A stretch of 64,000 nucleotides of DNA, from contig OX597816.1 in NCBI GenBank assembly GCA_951406725.2, forward strand, positions 42,160,001-42,224,000. The letters run 5' to 3'. This document shows, piece by piece, positions 39,352 to 55,019 of the stretch. The notes below the pieces were generated by a model. The model was not told the DNA's origin and searched no databases. It was given only the letters and a program-made list of their open reading frames with translations. The first letter of the stretch is position 1. Every line of letters begins with the position of its first letter. A program made the translations under genes and the position numbers. Origin of the DNA: Octopus vulgaris (taxonomy: Eukaryota).

Positions 39352-40143
39352 GTGTGTGTGCGTGTGGGCGTCCATATGACCGATTGCATACGTATAAACC
39401 TAATACATGTTGTAGATATGCATAAATTTTCATTTTCAAGTACTAACACTTTTATATACATTCATAAACAATCACCCCACTCACCAATGCAAACCTGCAC
39501 CCCAGCAGGCATAAACATAATCGTAATCACACGAACGGTATCATGAGAGTTCTTAAGAAATTTGATAAATAGCTCTGTTAGATATACAGCTGTAAGCTAC
39601 ACATAAAGACACCAGACAGACTGACTATGTCGCGAGCTTTCTATGTTTTTCAACAACGTAAGTGAATAAGTATAGAATTTCAAAATACTCCTCAATTACA
39701 TTTTTCGTTATATTCACATCAATCACTGCATGTACACGATCTTTCGCTTTTTGTATAGCAGGCTTTCTCTGTGTATGTATGTATGTATGTATGTATGTAT
39801 GTACGTATATATGTATGTGTATATGTATTCTGTAGAAGCGAATCCCAATGTGTGTGTAGGTACACATTCATATATGCATGCTTCTTCATATGCATTCATT
39901 CATGAAAACATACATGCTTGCAAACATATATACATACACATACGTACATAATACACACATAAGTACACACATTCACACATACACACACACACACACATAT
40001 TTATATATATATATATAAGTAATACTAAGCAATAAAGGGTTTGGCAACGAATTGCCTTACCACATACCGAATTTAGATAATTATTCCAAATTAATTTAGA
40101 TAATTATTCCAAATTAATTAATTTCACCCTTCATTATTACGGA

Positions 40144-40186
<43 letters not shown>

Positions 40187-40197
40187 TATATAGAAGG

Positions 40198-40248
40198 AGC
40201 TTCTACAGGACTAGTACTGTTTCATTCAAGAGAAATCTTCAGGAAGCT
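40198..40248 (-). ncRNA. Type I hammerhead ribozyme
   Basis: Reverse complement of 43247-43297. Confidence 0.85.
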
Positions 40249-40576
40249 ATTTAACAAGAATTGTATTAGCATTTATACATTTAGGCAGGTTTAAAGGAGT
40301 GGTGGTGGGGGACTTTTTTGGGGGTAGGCATAGCGCAAAATATCATACTTGGGGGAGTGGTCAAGGAGTCAGTGGTAAGTTAGATGAAAGAATAGATAAA
40401 TAAAAAAATAAAAAAATTAAAAAATAAAAAAATAAAAAAATAAAAAAATAAAAAATAAAAAATAAAAAAATAAAAAATATATATAAAAAATATATATATA
40501 AAAAAAGGGGGGATAGAGTTATAGATTCTCACTTATACCTATACACATATGTATACGTATCTACACACACATATAT

Positions 40577-40621
<45 letters not shown>

Positions 40622-41043
40622 CACATATACACACATATCTACATACACACATACATACACCCGCCCACATATACAAATTTATACACATGCACATGCATAT
40701 ACCTGTCTACACATACACACACGTATATATGCATACACTCACTCCCATGCATGCACGCATACACACATGTATATATATACCCACGACCACACATACATAT
40801 ATACACAGAAAAATATATATTCATACGCACATACACTCATGCACACACAACACACCTAGTTCCCTATATACACATATTTACACCTATATATACATACACC
40901 CACATACACATATGTACATATATATATATATATATATACATATACACGCATACATATATATACATGTGTGCACATACATACATATACACATATACATACA
41001 CATACACATACACATGTGTACCTATACATACCTACACATACAC

Positions 41044-41090
<47 letters not shown>

Positions 41091-41422
41091 TACAATCCAA
41101 TACAGGCCCATTCCCTAATTTTAATTTTATTATCTTCATTTATTACTTTTGTTATCTTTGATCGCTAGAGCTAAGGATCCTGGCTATGGCAGCATGTCCA
41201 TTTGTATGTCTACTAGAAGGCAAGTACTCATTCCCGCACGCACACTCATTAGCACGTACATTCACCCATTCGTACACTCATACACATACACGTACACACG
41301 CGTTATATTCATACATACAAACATCTACATACGTTCACGTATATACACATACGTACTCGTACCTACAGATTCGTGTCTACACTTTAGGAGGCTAGTCTAT
41401 ACATATACACCAATAAATATAC

Positions 41423-41460
<38 letters not shown>

Positions 41461-41481
41461 ACTCCTACATACAGATACATA

Positions 41482-41605
<124 letters not shown>

Positions 41606-42389
41606 CACACATACACATACATACACACACACATACATACGTATACATACATACATACATCCATACATCCATACTTACATGCATTTATACGCATACACAC
41701 ACCCATCTATATATATATATATACACACTCACACATACATATACAAATATACGCACACACATACATACATACACGTATACACATACACGCACATACACAT
41801 ATACATGCGTACCCATACACGTCATACACGTGCACACACGCACGCGCATCCATATATATACACACACACACATATATACACGTGTGCAAGCATACATACA
41901 TACTACAACACACATACATATACATATATGCACACACTACACACACATACATATACACATACATACATATATGCATACATACACATACACACATACACAC
42001 ATGCGTACCCATACACGTGCACACACGCACGCGCACATATATATACACACACACACATATATACATGTGCAATCATACATACATACTCATACACGCACAC
42101 ATACTTACATATACATATATGCACACATACACACACATACACATATACATGCATACATACATATATGCATACGCATCATATATATATATATACCCATACA
42201 CGTGCACACACGCACGCGCATCCATATATATACACACACACACATATATACACGTGTGCAATCATACATACATACTCATACACGCACACATACTTACATA
42301 TACATATATGCACACACTTACACACATATATACATACACATATACATGTATACATACATATATGCATACATACACACACTGTGGCACTC

Positions 42390-42442
<53 letters not shown>

Positions 42443-42862
42443 GTGTATGTGTAGGTATGTATAGGTACACATGTGTATGTGTATGTGTATGTATATGTGT
42501 ATATGTATGTATGTGCACACATGTATATATATGTATGCGTGTATATGTATATATATATATATATATGTACATATGTGTATGTGGGTGTATGTATATATAG
42601 GTGTAAATATGTGTATATAGGGAACTAGGTGTGTTGTGTGTGCATGAGTGTATGTGCGTATGAATATATATTTTTCTGTGTATATATGTATGTGTGGTCG
42701 TGGGTATATATATACATGTGTGTATGCGTGCATGCATGGGAGTGAGTGTATGCATATATACGTGTGTGTATGTGTAGACAGGTATATGCATGTGCATGTG
42801 TATTAATTTGTATATGTGGGCGGGTGTATGTATGTGTGTATGTAGATATGTGTGTATATGTG

Positions 42863-42909
<47 letters not shown>

Positions 42910-43246
42910 GTGTGTGTAGATACGTATACATATGTGTATAGGTATAATTGAGAATCTCCTTATTTACCTATAACTCTATCCCCCCTTTTTTTATATATAT
43001 ATTTTTTTTATATATATATTTTTTATATATATTTTTTATTTTTTTATTTTTTTATTTTTTTATTTATTTATTTTTTTATTTTTTTATTTTTTTATTTATC
43101 TATTCTTTCATCTAACTTACCACTGACTCCTTGACCACTCCCCCAAGTATGATATTTTGCGCTATGCCTACCCCCAAAAAAGTCCCCCACCACCACTCCT
43201 TTAAACCTGCCTAAATGTATAAATGCTAATACAATTCTTGTTAAAT

Positions 43247-43297
43247 AGCTTCCTGAAGATTTCTCTTGAATGAAACAGTACTAGTCCTGTAGAAGCT
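43247..43297 (+). ncRNA. Type I hammerhead ribozyme
   Basis: AGCUUC-CUGAAGA-uUUCucuuGAAu-GAAA-CAG-uacuaguc-CUG-UA-GAAGCU. Confidence 0.88.
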
Positions 43298-43380
43298 CCT
43301 TCTATATAATAAATTAATTTTACTCTGCTATGTATTGAGTACCTTACTTACTGTGGTTAACCCCGAATCAACCCGGGACC

Positions 43381-43434
<54 letters not shown>

Positions 43435-43437
43435 TAT

Positions 43438-44245
43438 ATCCCTGCTCACGCCCACGCCGCCGCTCTTGCCCTTACCTCTGCAACACTACACTCCTCTCTC
43501 TGTCCTTCTCTATACAGCAGTCAAACTGACGGGTTCACGGAACACTTCCGAGACATTAGACTCGTCAAAGACATCCCGGTCTCACACCATTTCCGCTCTA
43601 CCATTCATTCTTTACCACACCTATCTGCATTCGAATTGTCCTTACACAGGGGCCATCCGGACACCCGTCTTCGCTGTGAACATAGATTAATATTCTCTCT
43701 TCGCTCCTTTGCCTCACTCGGACACAAATCACTTTCCCTCTTAATCTAATCCTCATCCTCTCTCCTCACTTCCTCTCACACCTACTTGCTCCTACCCACC
43801 TCTGCACTCTTGCTCTGGCACCTACTTCTTCTCTTCAATCCTACCCACATTCTCTCTTCATTGTCACTCCCGCCCTCATTACTCACCCCGAAACATTCCA
43901 AACCCACCATCCCTATAAATTCCACCCCAGCCCATCTCTTAGACGCCATCCTTGCTTTCCATACTCTCGCCTATCCCACAGCCCAACCCACATCACCACA
44001 CCAATCCACCACACACCACCACTCCACACACCACCATACCACACCATACAACATCACACCACCCCGCACACACTAGCAGTGACTACTTCCAAGCACCTAC
44101 ACCAGCTCACACATTAGTACTGACCACTTCCCTGCATCTACACCATCGTCCACACACATACACATGCACACACCCACACGTCAAGGTTACCAGCCCCCTC
44201 CCACACCCAGATACGCTCTCACATACACGGGCACGCACACCTTAG
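43438..44245 (+). pseudogene. Degenerate Neptune-type PLE GIY-YIG remnant followed by a C-rich 3' region
   Basis: PCSRPRRRSCPYL (Zn-knuckle-like), then in another frame CPSLYSSQT..FTEHFRDIRLVKDIPVSHHFRSTIHS. Confidence 0.55.
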
Positions 44246-44259
44246 TTTTGGGATCACCA

Positions 44260-45285
44260 CTACTTTATTATCTCCCCTTCTTCCTTGTGTAGGTTCCTCA
44301 GCCTCTTTTGGAAAATATTAAAATGCTGTGGGCCCATGAAACCCAGGCTGTTCCAGTAACTGGTCCTCAAGTACGATGGCATTGCCGAGATTCTGGCATT
44401 TGTGTAACTTTCAATGTGAAAATGTGGAACAATTTTTGCTAGGATCTTCCAAATGTATATTACTGCATACCTCTTCCACCTTCGCTCCAGTGAGTAGAGC
44501 CTTAGCTGTTTCAACCTTTTGCAGTAGCTGAGCTGTTGCAATGAGACGATCTTCTTTGTGAAGCTTTGCTGGATAGCTTCATGGTCCGCTGTTAATCTTA
44601 CACTGTTGGATGACCATAGCTGGGAGTAGTAATCCAGGCGGCTGAGGACGAATGTCCTCCAGCGGACCATCAAGGGTTCCTTCTCTCTGGTTCCAATCGT
44701 GTTCAAGATCCAGCCAGCCAGTTGTCTGCGCTTTGTCGCCTTCCTGGTAATGTGCACTCGGAAGAAAGTCTCAACAATCATATCTATACCCAGGTACCTC
44801 ACTTATTTACGCTCTTGGATTGTAATCCCCTGTGGACCAGTCTGCCCTGTGAGCTTTATATTCAGTTTTGGATGCTGGTAACGCAGAGCTCGGAATTTTC
44901 CAGCATTAAACTTCATATTATAGTCCTCAGCCCATCTGAAATTTGAGTTCAAACCATGCTGCAGTTGTGCAAATCGCTGGGCTTCTGTATTTTCTGCGAA
45001 ACTTTCCTATCGTCTGTGTAGCTAGCAAGGGTGGCTATTCGAGCAGCTGAAGACTTATCTGAGACGGCCACTATGAAAAGCAGTGGTCCCAAGACAATGC
45101 CCTGTGCAATACCGCTCACTATTTGTGTTTACTTTGGCCACTACTGCCTGACTTCTATCTTTCAGAAAGCCATGTAACTTCTCTCCAAGTTTTCTAGTTA
45201 TGCCTAGATTAGGCAGTTTGTGGAATATCATACCATGATCCAATTTATCAAATCCCGTTGCAAAGTCAAGGTATTTTATGTCCAT
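44260..45285 (-). pseudogene. Degenerate CR1-group LINE RT fragment related to ORF2 at 28313-31444
   Basis: YLDFATGFDKLDHG, WILNTI, SRLDYYSQLWS, LKQLRLYSLERRWKRYAVIYIWKI, with frameshifts. Confidence 0.85.
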
Positions 45286-45329
45286 ATTTTATGAATTTCA
45301 TACCAATAGGAAGCTTGACCGAAATGCTG

Positions 45330-45705
45330 ACCTTCTGTGTAGAAACTATCTATGTCAGATCAGGTACTCATATATATCGAAAAGAAGAGTGTTTAGCTAT
45401 GGGTTCGCCACTATGATCAATAATAGCCAATTTATACAAGTAATAAATTTGGGAATTTGTCTTTAAGATCAATATCACTAAAGCAAGCACAATGGCTTCC
45501 ATACATTGATGACAGCTTTATACTCTGGTTCCACGAAGAAAATGTCCAAGTACTGCTAACTCATATGAACTCAGTAAAGCCACCCATACAGTGCACAATG
45601 GAAAATGAAAAGGGCAATCAGCTAGCGTTCCTGGATGTATTAATAACATGAACTAATCATGGGTTCATGACATCCGTATACCGCTAGCCAACCTTCACTG
45701 GATGA
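45330..45705 (+). pseudogene. Penelope/Poseidon-type PLE RT fragment
   Basis: LAMGSPL*SIIAN, WLPYIDDSFILW, MNSVKPPIQCTMENEKGNQLAFLDVLIT, TSVYR*PTFTG. Confidence 0.75.
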
Positions 45706-46095
45706 CACTCATATGAAAGGCCACTCGAAAAAGATACATATGCGGTCCATATGACATCAGGATGATATTCAAGGGTAGTATAACACTTCGCAAATATCTC
45801 CTTCGAGTAAAACAACCAATAGAAGAGAATATGAAAGCGGTATCAAATAGTGCTTATACACACACACCGTGCGTCTTGTGATTAACGTTTGATCATCACG
45901 TCTATACTGATTGTCTGTTTGCCAGTACAAGGTTTATTGGCGTCTTATCTGTTTCTGGTATGATGTCAGACTGTTTGCTTGTACATGAAATTCAAATCTA
46001 AAAATTCAACATAGAGAAAATGAAACGAATTTTTTTTTTATTTGCTCTTCAACATCACTGCAAGGATTTCCTAATAGTGAAGTCACGTATAAATA

Positions 46096-46236
46096 TTAGG
46101 TTGTCCCAAAAGTTCGTAAACATTTGCGAAAATTGAATTTTTACTCGCCAAGTACTAACAAAAACAACAAAAATTATTCCTCAAAATAAAGACCATTATT
46201 TTCCAAGACCTTCTACGAACTTTTGGGACAACCTTA
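46096..46236. mobile_element. 141 bp mariner-type MITE
   Basis: Perfect 21 bp TIR core aggttgtcccaaaagttcgta (46098-46118 / 46214-46234), TA on both sides. Confidence 0.85.
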
Positions 46237-47197
46237 TAATACAAAATATTAACAGAGTCACAATGAGATTCCTGTAATGCTCTTAATTTTACGGTAAGAG
46301 TATTTACTTCTAGTGAATAATCACTGAAGAAATACGAAACAAAACTACAAATCAATGCAAAGAAAGAATTTGTGGCATTAATATACGTTACATATCTGAA
46401 CCGCATATCCAAATGCACTTTAACTATCAGCAATTTTGATATAATAAATTTTCTTCATGTTTAAAAATCGCTACAAACGTATTAATGCTTTGCTAGTGGA
46501 CGCTAATATTTGAAAATTAAATTAGGTATTTGCACCTAACAATATACATGACAACACACGAAACACTATTAGTTTGAAATGTTGTCATAAGGGCAGCAGT
46601 TTCATCGACCCCAGTGCAAAATTGGTTCTTATTTTATTAGCTCTGAAAGGGAAAAGGAAAAAAAATCGGCCTCGCAAGAATTTTGAACTCAGAACGGAGG
46701 AAATTCCGATAAGCATATTGCCCGGCGTACTTACGATTTTGCCAGTTCGCCGCTTTAATACATAAGACAATATTCAGCAAAATTATGATTTTTACTGGGG
46801 ACTACAAATCGTTTAAACTTTTGGGAATGACAGAACGTGACGATAATCAGAGACATGTCTGTTAAAATACTTGTCATATTGTGTTTGAATACTCAGAACA
46901 GGAAAAGTTTAATTAATTACTCGAAATGGTAGCATTATTATGGTTGCACTAATATTCCAGTTTTAATGTGGCTTACATCTTCTCTTGCCGTATTTTATAT
47001 ATATTAATTTACAAACTAATTTTTCTGATTTCAATTATAGACTCTTATTCGTCATCATTACATTCGCATCACATAGGTTAAAAATCTAACTTCTCAAGTT
47101 ACTATGTAAATTCTTTCTCATTCCCTTAATTCCATCAAGCTTGTCTTCGTTATCCTATAACATTTGCATGGTTTCGTAACTAATTAAATATTTTGTG

Positions 47198-47239
<42 letters not shown>

Positions 47240-47334
47240 GATATATATATGTATGTATATATATATACATACACATATATATATATATACATATACATAT
47301 ATATACATATATATACATGTATATACACACACAC

Positions 47335-47407
<73 letters not shown>

Positions 47408-47740
47408 GTGTGTGTGTGTGTATTACTATGTTATTAATTTACGAATGAATTTTATACTATAGAAATACATGAGTGCTAGTGATTTTGCTACTTTTTATAA
47501 ATTTATCTAAGTAATTATTGAATTAATTCTGTTACTAACCGTTCAACTAATTCAGTAAAATATGATTTAATGGAAATTCTTATTTTGTTCTTGTAATATT
47601 TTTCTTGATATATATACTCATAGATTTAATGTATCAGCAGCTTGCGACCGAATTATAGTCACAATGATGTACTCGTTTGCACCATCAGATACATAGTTTC
47701 GTAACGCTATATTCTGGTAAGGATCTTTTTATATCCACAA

Positions 47741-48123
47741 CTAGCAGTATCACCCGGCGTTGCTCGGGTTTGTAAGGGAAATAACTATAAAGAATTTTTA
47801 GAAAGTTATAGCCAAAAAATAGCAAAAAAGTGGAAAAAAAATTATGCTAGATTTTTTTGAGAGTTAAAAAGGTCGAGTTGCGGCCCCTACACAGTCTGTG
47901 GTTTGTGTTTCTGATTCTCGACCCCATGTCGAATTTATCGATTTTTTTCAGAACTGGGGGAACTTTTCAAACTTTTCGCTGCGTTAGTTTTGAATTATGA
48001 CATTGGGCTATGTGTGTGTCAAGTTTGATCAGAATCGGTTGAAAGCCGTGGTCAGGGTGAGGGTACAACCTAACAGACACACATACACGCAGACAGACAA
48101 ACTGCCGTTTATATAGAGAGAGA
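47741..48123 (-). mobile_element. Non-autonomous Helitron
   Basis: Minus strand: A|TCTCTCTCTATATAAACGGCAG ... hairpin CCCGAGCAACGCCGGG-tgatactg-CTAG|T. This gives a 5' TC, 3' CTRR, subterminal hairpin and A/T insertion site. Confidence 0.85.
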
Positions 48124-48412
48124 TATTATATTTCCGTTACGCTAACTGCAATTACCTGTCCACCGTTCTTCCAAAATTTACTGAAATCTTCAAAAAATAT
48201 TCTATAAGTATATTTAGATTAATATCAGATTGGCATTAATTATTTCAAGAATTAAAACTACCTCAATTTGAAACCAAAAACAAGATCTCATTAGATTTAC
48301 ATTTTACTTTTATTTAAAAGTTCTTTTAGTAAATTCTTTTAAAAAAGTAGAGATTATCCTTACTGTGATACATCTACCCACAAAAACACCAACAAAACAA
48401 TGCACAGATAAA

Positions 48413-48480
<68 letters not shown>

Positions 48481-48530
48481 AATACATACAAGCAATACGC
48501 ACATGTGTACATGTATGTCTATACATTCAA

Positions 48531-48562
<32 letters not shown>

Positions 48563-48656
48563 CCCTGTATGCATGGGTGTTGAGAAGTACTACAACACAT
48601 AAGTGGCGGTTTCAAATATCTTCCAGAAATTGCAAAAGATCTTGAAAACTTTCATA

Positions 48657-48818
48657 GGCTCAGGCATGGCTGTGTGGTAAGTAACTTGCTTACCAGCCAC
48701 AAGGTTCCGGGTTCAGTCCAATGCGTGGTATCTTAGGCAAGTGTCTTCTACTATAGCCTCGCGCCGACCAAAGGCATGTGACCGCATTTGTTAGAGGGAA
48801 AGTGAAAGAAGGCCATAG

Positions 48819-48849
<31 letters not shown>

Positions 48850-49048
48850 CCTTCTCGAGCCACGCCTGGCTCATTGGGCCGGTTTCTCGGTTTCCTTGGC
48901 ATATAGGATCTCCACCCGGACGGGACGCTGGTCCGTCGCAGGTGAGCTGTAGCGAAAGAATCAGCACGTTTGCGATTACCTTCTGCCGGATTCACGTGGA
49001 GCTTAGGTGTTTCGCTCATAAATACGCCTCCACACATACACACACACA

Positions 49049-49123
<75 letters not shown>

Positions 49124-49325
49124 ATATTTGTGTATATGTTTGTATGTATGTTTGACTCCCACCATCTTTTGACAAAGGATGCTGGTGTGTTTACGTCCCC
49201 GTAACATAGCGGTTCGACAAAATACACCGATATGATACATAATACGCTTACAAAGAACAAGTCCTGGGGTCGATTTGTTCGACCAAAGGAGGTGCTCCGC
49301 AGTCAAATGACTAAAACAGATGAAT
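48657..49325 (+). mobile_element. tRNA-derived SINE with internal microsatellite, interrupted by a minus-strand SINE fragment (48847-49032)
   Basis: Head ggc.caggcatggctgtgtggtaag..ggttccgggttcagtc. 3' half at 49140-49325. The insert shares gagcgaaacacctaa..tccacgtg..tccggca with the 37977 SINE. Confidence 0.7.
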
Positions 49326-49326
49326 A

Positions 49327-49384
<58 letters not shown>

Positions 49385-49406
49385 AAACAGACATACAAAC
49401 ATATAC

Positions 49407-49496
<90 letters not shown>

Positions 49497-49538
49497 AAGT
49501 ATTTATACATCAATACAAGTATTCATAGAAACATATGC

Positions 49539-49569
<31 letters not shown>

Positions 49570-50289
49570 TATGTATCTATATGTATATATACATACATAT
49601 ATATATAATTAGTAGTTAGTTCTGTGTTGATTCTCTGACGTGCAAAATTGCTTCCGTTTAATTTTGAAAAGAGTAGATTTTAAGAAAATATGTCGTGGAA
49701 TTGTTCTGCAAAGATTTTCATTAGTTATTACCTTCAAATTTCCATAACTACCAGCTTCCAAAAAGTAGATTTATAAATATTAGATTAAAAATAAAATTGA
49801 AATAAAACTGAATATGACTTAGAACCATAAACCGGTGAAGAGCATAAAATGTAATAAGAAAACTAAAACCAAACACATAACTCCTGTTTAAACAAATTGA
49901 GAAGCGTTTGATAGAATGATTTTGAAAGTAAACCTGACATTTATCTGCATCCAAAAATTTACACACATGCACACACATAGAAATGGATATATGTGTGTGT
50001 GTATGTGTGTGTGTGTGTGTGAGGGTTCAATGTGTATGAATATACATACATATATGTATGAACGTGTATGTATGTGTTTGTATGTGCTTGCTTGTGTATG
50101 TATGTATGCATATATAATCACATGCGGAATTATCCTTACAAGCTAACATTCATTCGAAAAATTTGCGGTGATATTCCGAAACTAATACCAGTGTATTATT
50201 ATTGGACCGGTGAAATGGGAGAGCCGTTAGTATGCCAGGCAAATTGCTTAGCGTCATTCCGTCCTTCCTTACATTCTGTGTTCACATTT

Positions 50290-51256
50290 CCACATACAAC
50301 CACATAAAACCCCAGAAACAAAGAAGCCTTCATCATCATCACCCAGAATTTACCAATACTTCATAAGGACACCAAATTAAAGGGAATTCTAAACATGCAT
50401 AAAATCATTAAAAGCAACAAACAACCTAAATCACTTAAAAAGGTTCCCATAAAGTCAAAATTGTTTTCTGAAATTACGGATGCAAAAGTAAAAAAAATGT
50501 GGTAGACCAAACTGCGCAACATACCCAAACCGTCTAGAAGGATCAGAATTCCTTTTCAAAGAGGGACAACAATTCAAGATCAGATCTAATTTTACTTGTG
50601 CTTCTGAAAACATAATTTATGTCATAAGTTGTTCGGACTGCTACCAAAACTACGTGGGGTCCACGGGATTATCGCTCAGACGTAGATGCACTCTGCATCG
50701 ACAACAGATTGCATTTCCAGAAAACAGAATGATACCATTTAGTGAGCATATTGAGAAATGCGCAAATCAACTACTACCACAATTTTTAATATTTCCATTC
50801 TATCAATGTGCTATTGGAACACCAACACAAATTAGATTAAACAAGGAAACATTCTTCATTGAAAAATATAAGCCAGAACTTAACCATTCTAACATTCTCA
50901 TACAGAGAAACCCATCCCATTAAATAAGGGAAAAGAAATATAAAGCGATTATCTCCCTTATACCGGAAGAAATCGCTTATTACCCCCCCCCCTGCCTGGA
51001 ACTCTTCTTTGCACTGCATAACGAAGACATGACACGATGTAGGTAAAGACATTTGAGAAATTTGAAAAGTTAACACGAAACCGGTAATTTCTTCAAAAAC
51101 TGTGTTATTATATGAAAACATTTTATAACATTCTGCTAACATAACGACTTAAATATATTCTTTAACCTTATAAAACAAGCCTTCTGTAGTTTTTTCACTC
51201 TTTTATATTTTCTATATATCCAACCACATGCTTTCACACACCAATTTTCTCACCTA
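50290..51256 (+). mobile_element. 5'-truncated Neptune-type PLE: linker + GIY-YIG endonuclease + pLTR end
   Basis: Open frame 50498-50923: CGRPNCATY..NFTCASENIIYVISCSDCYQNYVGSTGLSLRRRCTLHRQQI..SEHIEKC..KETFFIEKYKPELN. The 3' end matches 11253-11455. Confidence 0.85.
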
Positions 51257-51275
51257 TATATATATATATATATAT

Positions 51276-51313
<38 letters not shown>

Positions 51314-51938
51314 GCATAAGTATGTATATGCGTGTGTGTGTGTATGTATACTCTACTTATTTGCTTGTTTTAGCTATGCGGCGGTAGTCAGCACCACTGT
51401 GGTCAGCACCACTGTGGTCTTTCCAAAGTCACTTTGGGCCGTTTCACGTTACCAATCCCGTATGTGCTTTTGTCTCAGTTGTTGGCATATTTATTGCATA
51501 TTTATTCTGCTCACCTTGTCTGCACCTCATATCTGGCTGTTGTCTTTTCCGATATTGTGAAGAGAATGATATCTAGTTCCTTTCTTAATTTTTGTGACAG
51601 AGTATTGAAGAATATTTACGAAAATATGTTTTGTATGCATGTATGTATGAATGAATGTATGTATGCATATATATATGTATATATGTATGTTTGTGTATAT
51701 ATACGTTTATATAGCAAGTGTGGAATAAATTGTACCAATATAATTTGTAGGAACGTGCAACATATAGACGTGTATTGGCTAATGCTAGAGCTGGGATGAA
51801 CCTTTACCTGTAATCCCAATTTTAACATCATTCCTGATCCCTCTCTCCACACTGTCTCCCCACCTCTCGCTGTTTAACTATCTATCTATTTATCTATCTA
51901 TCTTTCTCTGTATGCGTGTATACATACGTACATACATA

Positions 51939-51979
<41 letters not shown>

Positions 51980-51983
<4 letters not shown>

Positions 51984-52172
51984 AGAATTCAACCCCCCTC
52001 CCCCCAAAAAAGAGGAAGACATGTGGTATAGACAACAAACAGATGTATTAGTATAACGCTCGGGAAGTGAAAAAGTCTTTAACATTTGGAGCCTACGCTC
52101 TTCCACAGAACGGGACACAGAAAGAAACAAGGAGAGAAAATAAATAATGTGTAGTGGCTAGCGATTTAACAT
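51980..52172 (-). mobile_element. Short pLTR-like remnant with a degenerate hammerhead-like motif
   Basis: Minus strand cugugga-a-GAGC-guag-GCUC-caaa-uguu (52110-52080): the helix II hairpin is intact but the core is mutated. Flanked by (TA)n. Confidence 0.4.
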
Positions 52173-53258
52173 GTATATATATATTTATATACAATGTGTG
52201 TAAGCGCGTGTTTGTGTGTGTGTGCATTCGTGAATGAATATTTCAATATAACCTAATAGTTTAGATTGCGGCAGTGTGCAGTTCAAAATCCCTGATAGTG
52301 ATGGTAATATTAAGTCAGAATACACGAAGAAATAATCTTTGCTTTTGCATTACCTTCACATTAGTTGGAAATTTATAGCATATGCAACGCTGAATGTGTG
52401 TTTGTGTGTGTTGATGGGCTGTGTGTGCAATTTTGCTTAAGTGAGCATACTTTATTGAAAATTTTCGTAAGTGTGACTTCGCTGAAGTCGAATAAAGGCA
52501 AGAATGAAAGGACAAGTATGGGTTTTTATATACCAACAATTCTTCATCAATATTGATCTTGAAAAAGAAAGGATGAAAGAGAAGTAAGAGATGAGACTCT
52601 GTGGCTCACTAGGTGGTCAGTCGTGTTTCTCGATATATCAAACTATTTTTGCACAAACCCTGTCATACTTTGTTGAAAAAAATAACAAGTGTCTAGTCAT
52701 TTTAGATTCTTATTGTCTGCAAAACTATAGGAACATTAAAAGAATAATCTTATTACCAATATAACGCTTTACTTCAACTGAAAAATGTCATGTGTACTAT
52801 AAACGCCTGTCAATCGAATTTATCTGTTTACATGGTTTCTATATTTTGAAAATTATTTTAGTTGATTTGATTTTTGTTGTTTTCCAAAATGTTTTTATCC
52901 CAAATTTGTTACGTCTCGTTTTCTGGTTCGTGTTCAATTTGATTTAAAATTCCAGTTTTAATCTAATATTTATGAATCTACTTTAAGCAAAATGCGGTTT
53001 AGCAAAAAAAAATACAGGAAATAATGGAAAGCAATGAAAACTATCACTGAAACACGACAAGTCCATTGAAATCACAGTGATTTGTTCCTTTAAAATATTG
53101 GATGCGTCAAATATTTTTGACACAAAATTGACTACAATATTGAAGACACCAAAAAGCAATATTGCAGATGCTGTATAATTTTGAAAGGGTAATTTCACAA
53201 TTTCGCTGATCTAATGCTCATACATATATACTTACATATGCGTGTTTATATATATATA

Positions 53259-53298
<40 letters not shown>

Positions 53299-53331
53299 TA
53301 CATACAAACACGCATATACGTATGTGCGTGT

Positions 53332-53494
53332 GGAGGCGCAGGCATGACTCTGTGGTACGACGCTTGCTTTTAAACCACATGGTTCCGGTTTCATTCCCAA
53401 TGCGTGGCAACTTGGGCCGACGACATCCTTGTGAGTGGATTTGGCAGACGGAAACCGAAAGAAGCACGTCTTTCTCTCTCTCTCTCTCTCTCTC

Positions 53495-53539
<45 letters not shown>

Positions 53540-53740
53540 GTTTGTTTGTGTCGTTGTTTGTCTTCCACCATCGCTTGATAATCAATGTTGGTGTGTTAAC
53601 GCACCCATAACTAAATATTAATAGAATAAGTACTAGGCTTAAACAGAATAAGATCTGGGATCAATTTTGTAGACTGAAATTCCATAAGCTGGTGTTCCAT
53701 CATCCCCTCAGTCAAATGACTGAAGAAAGTAAAAGTAGAA
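53332..53740 (+). mobile_element. tRNA-derived SINE, same family as 48657
   Basis: ggcgcaggcatgactctgtggtacg..accacatggttccggtttcattcccaatgcgtggca. 3' end cagtcaaatgactgaa. Confidence 0.7.
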
Positions 53741-53808
<68 letters not shown>

Positions 53809-54513
53809 ATGTGTGTGTGTGTGTGAGTATGTATGTATGTACTATATAACGTACTTGGTATTTCCCGGGAAAGCGAGGCTTATCCCTTGGTTCCGTTCTC
53901 ATAACTTTTTCGCTAATCCAATAACAATAATACAAAGTATGTAGTCCTTAAAACGGTTCTTGTGCGTTTACAGGGAATATCGAACTTTTATGAATACCAA
54001 AATTGTGAAGTTAGTTATATGACATGAAATTAGTAACCCGATAGTAAGAATTCGAACAAAGTATTCCCGAAAAGGGTTTTAATACGTTTCTAAAGTATAT
54101 ACAACATGGGAGGAAATATTAATAAGGTATGTATACTAAAATCGTGAGGCATGTTACGTAATAACAGGCAAATCAATTATGAGATAATACCAATTCAAAG
54201 TCAATAACTCTGAAAATGCCATTGTGCTTTCCTAGAGAATATTACCATCAGCGGCGCTAGTGTTGGTATATTCGTGAATTAATCACTAAACGAAATAAGT
54301 GGATCAATTTTTAGGAAAATGCTATTTTCTTGTTTAATGGTTGTACTGGATAAATTGCCAAAATACCTCTAACAGTTCAAATACTATAAAATAAGCATAC
54401 TCAATTTGATTTATACCAAATAATTTAGGAAAATGAATAGGTTATTTCACTTGGGTATATATACGGATCCCTTCCAGGGGCAAATGGGTTATTTCCCTTC
54501 GTTCTTAAAAGAA

Positions 54514-54951
54514 TCGTGTGGTAGTGACAAATATATACTGTAGCCTCTTACATTTGCTGGATGAGAAATGTTCTTGTGCATGCGCAACATGGTATTTCCG
54601 AGCTAATAGGAAAAGTGGATAGCTATTAAAAACGATATACTCAGGGTTGCAAAGGAATGTTTTATCAAATGATGTTATACATCTACATAAAGTGAAATAT
54701 TAGGAAATGCAAGAGGACAAACTATCGCAAAATGTTTGTATATGTAAGTTTATGCACACACACACACACACACACACACATAATATAGAAACATAATGTG
54801 GACATAAAAGTATCTTAAGGCGTGAGTGAATGTCTATATCTAATGAAATATGGCGAAGCTCGATCGACAATATGATTTCATTATACTTTAAAGTTATTTT
54901 ATTTACATTAAATGATACTTATATAAAATCGGCTTAGAAAACAATGCTTCT

Positions 54952-55019
<68 letters not shown>

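Noticed and set aside
50960-51095. Hammerhead in the Neptune-type pLTR
   Set aside because: Only the 3' half (GAAACCGGUA plus a possible helix I strand) is visible; no CUGANGA core found.
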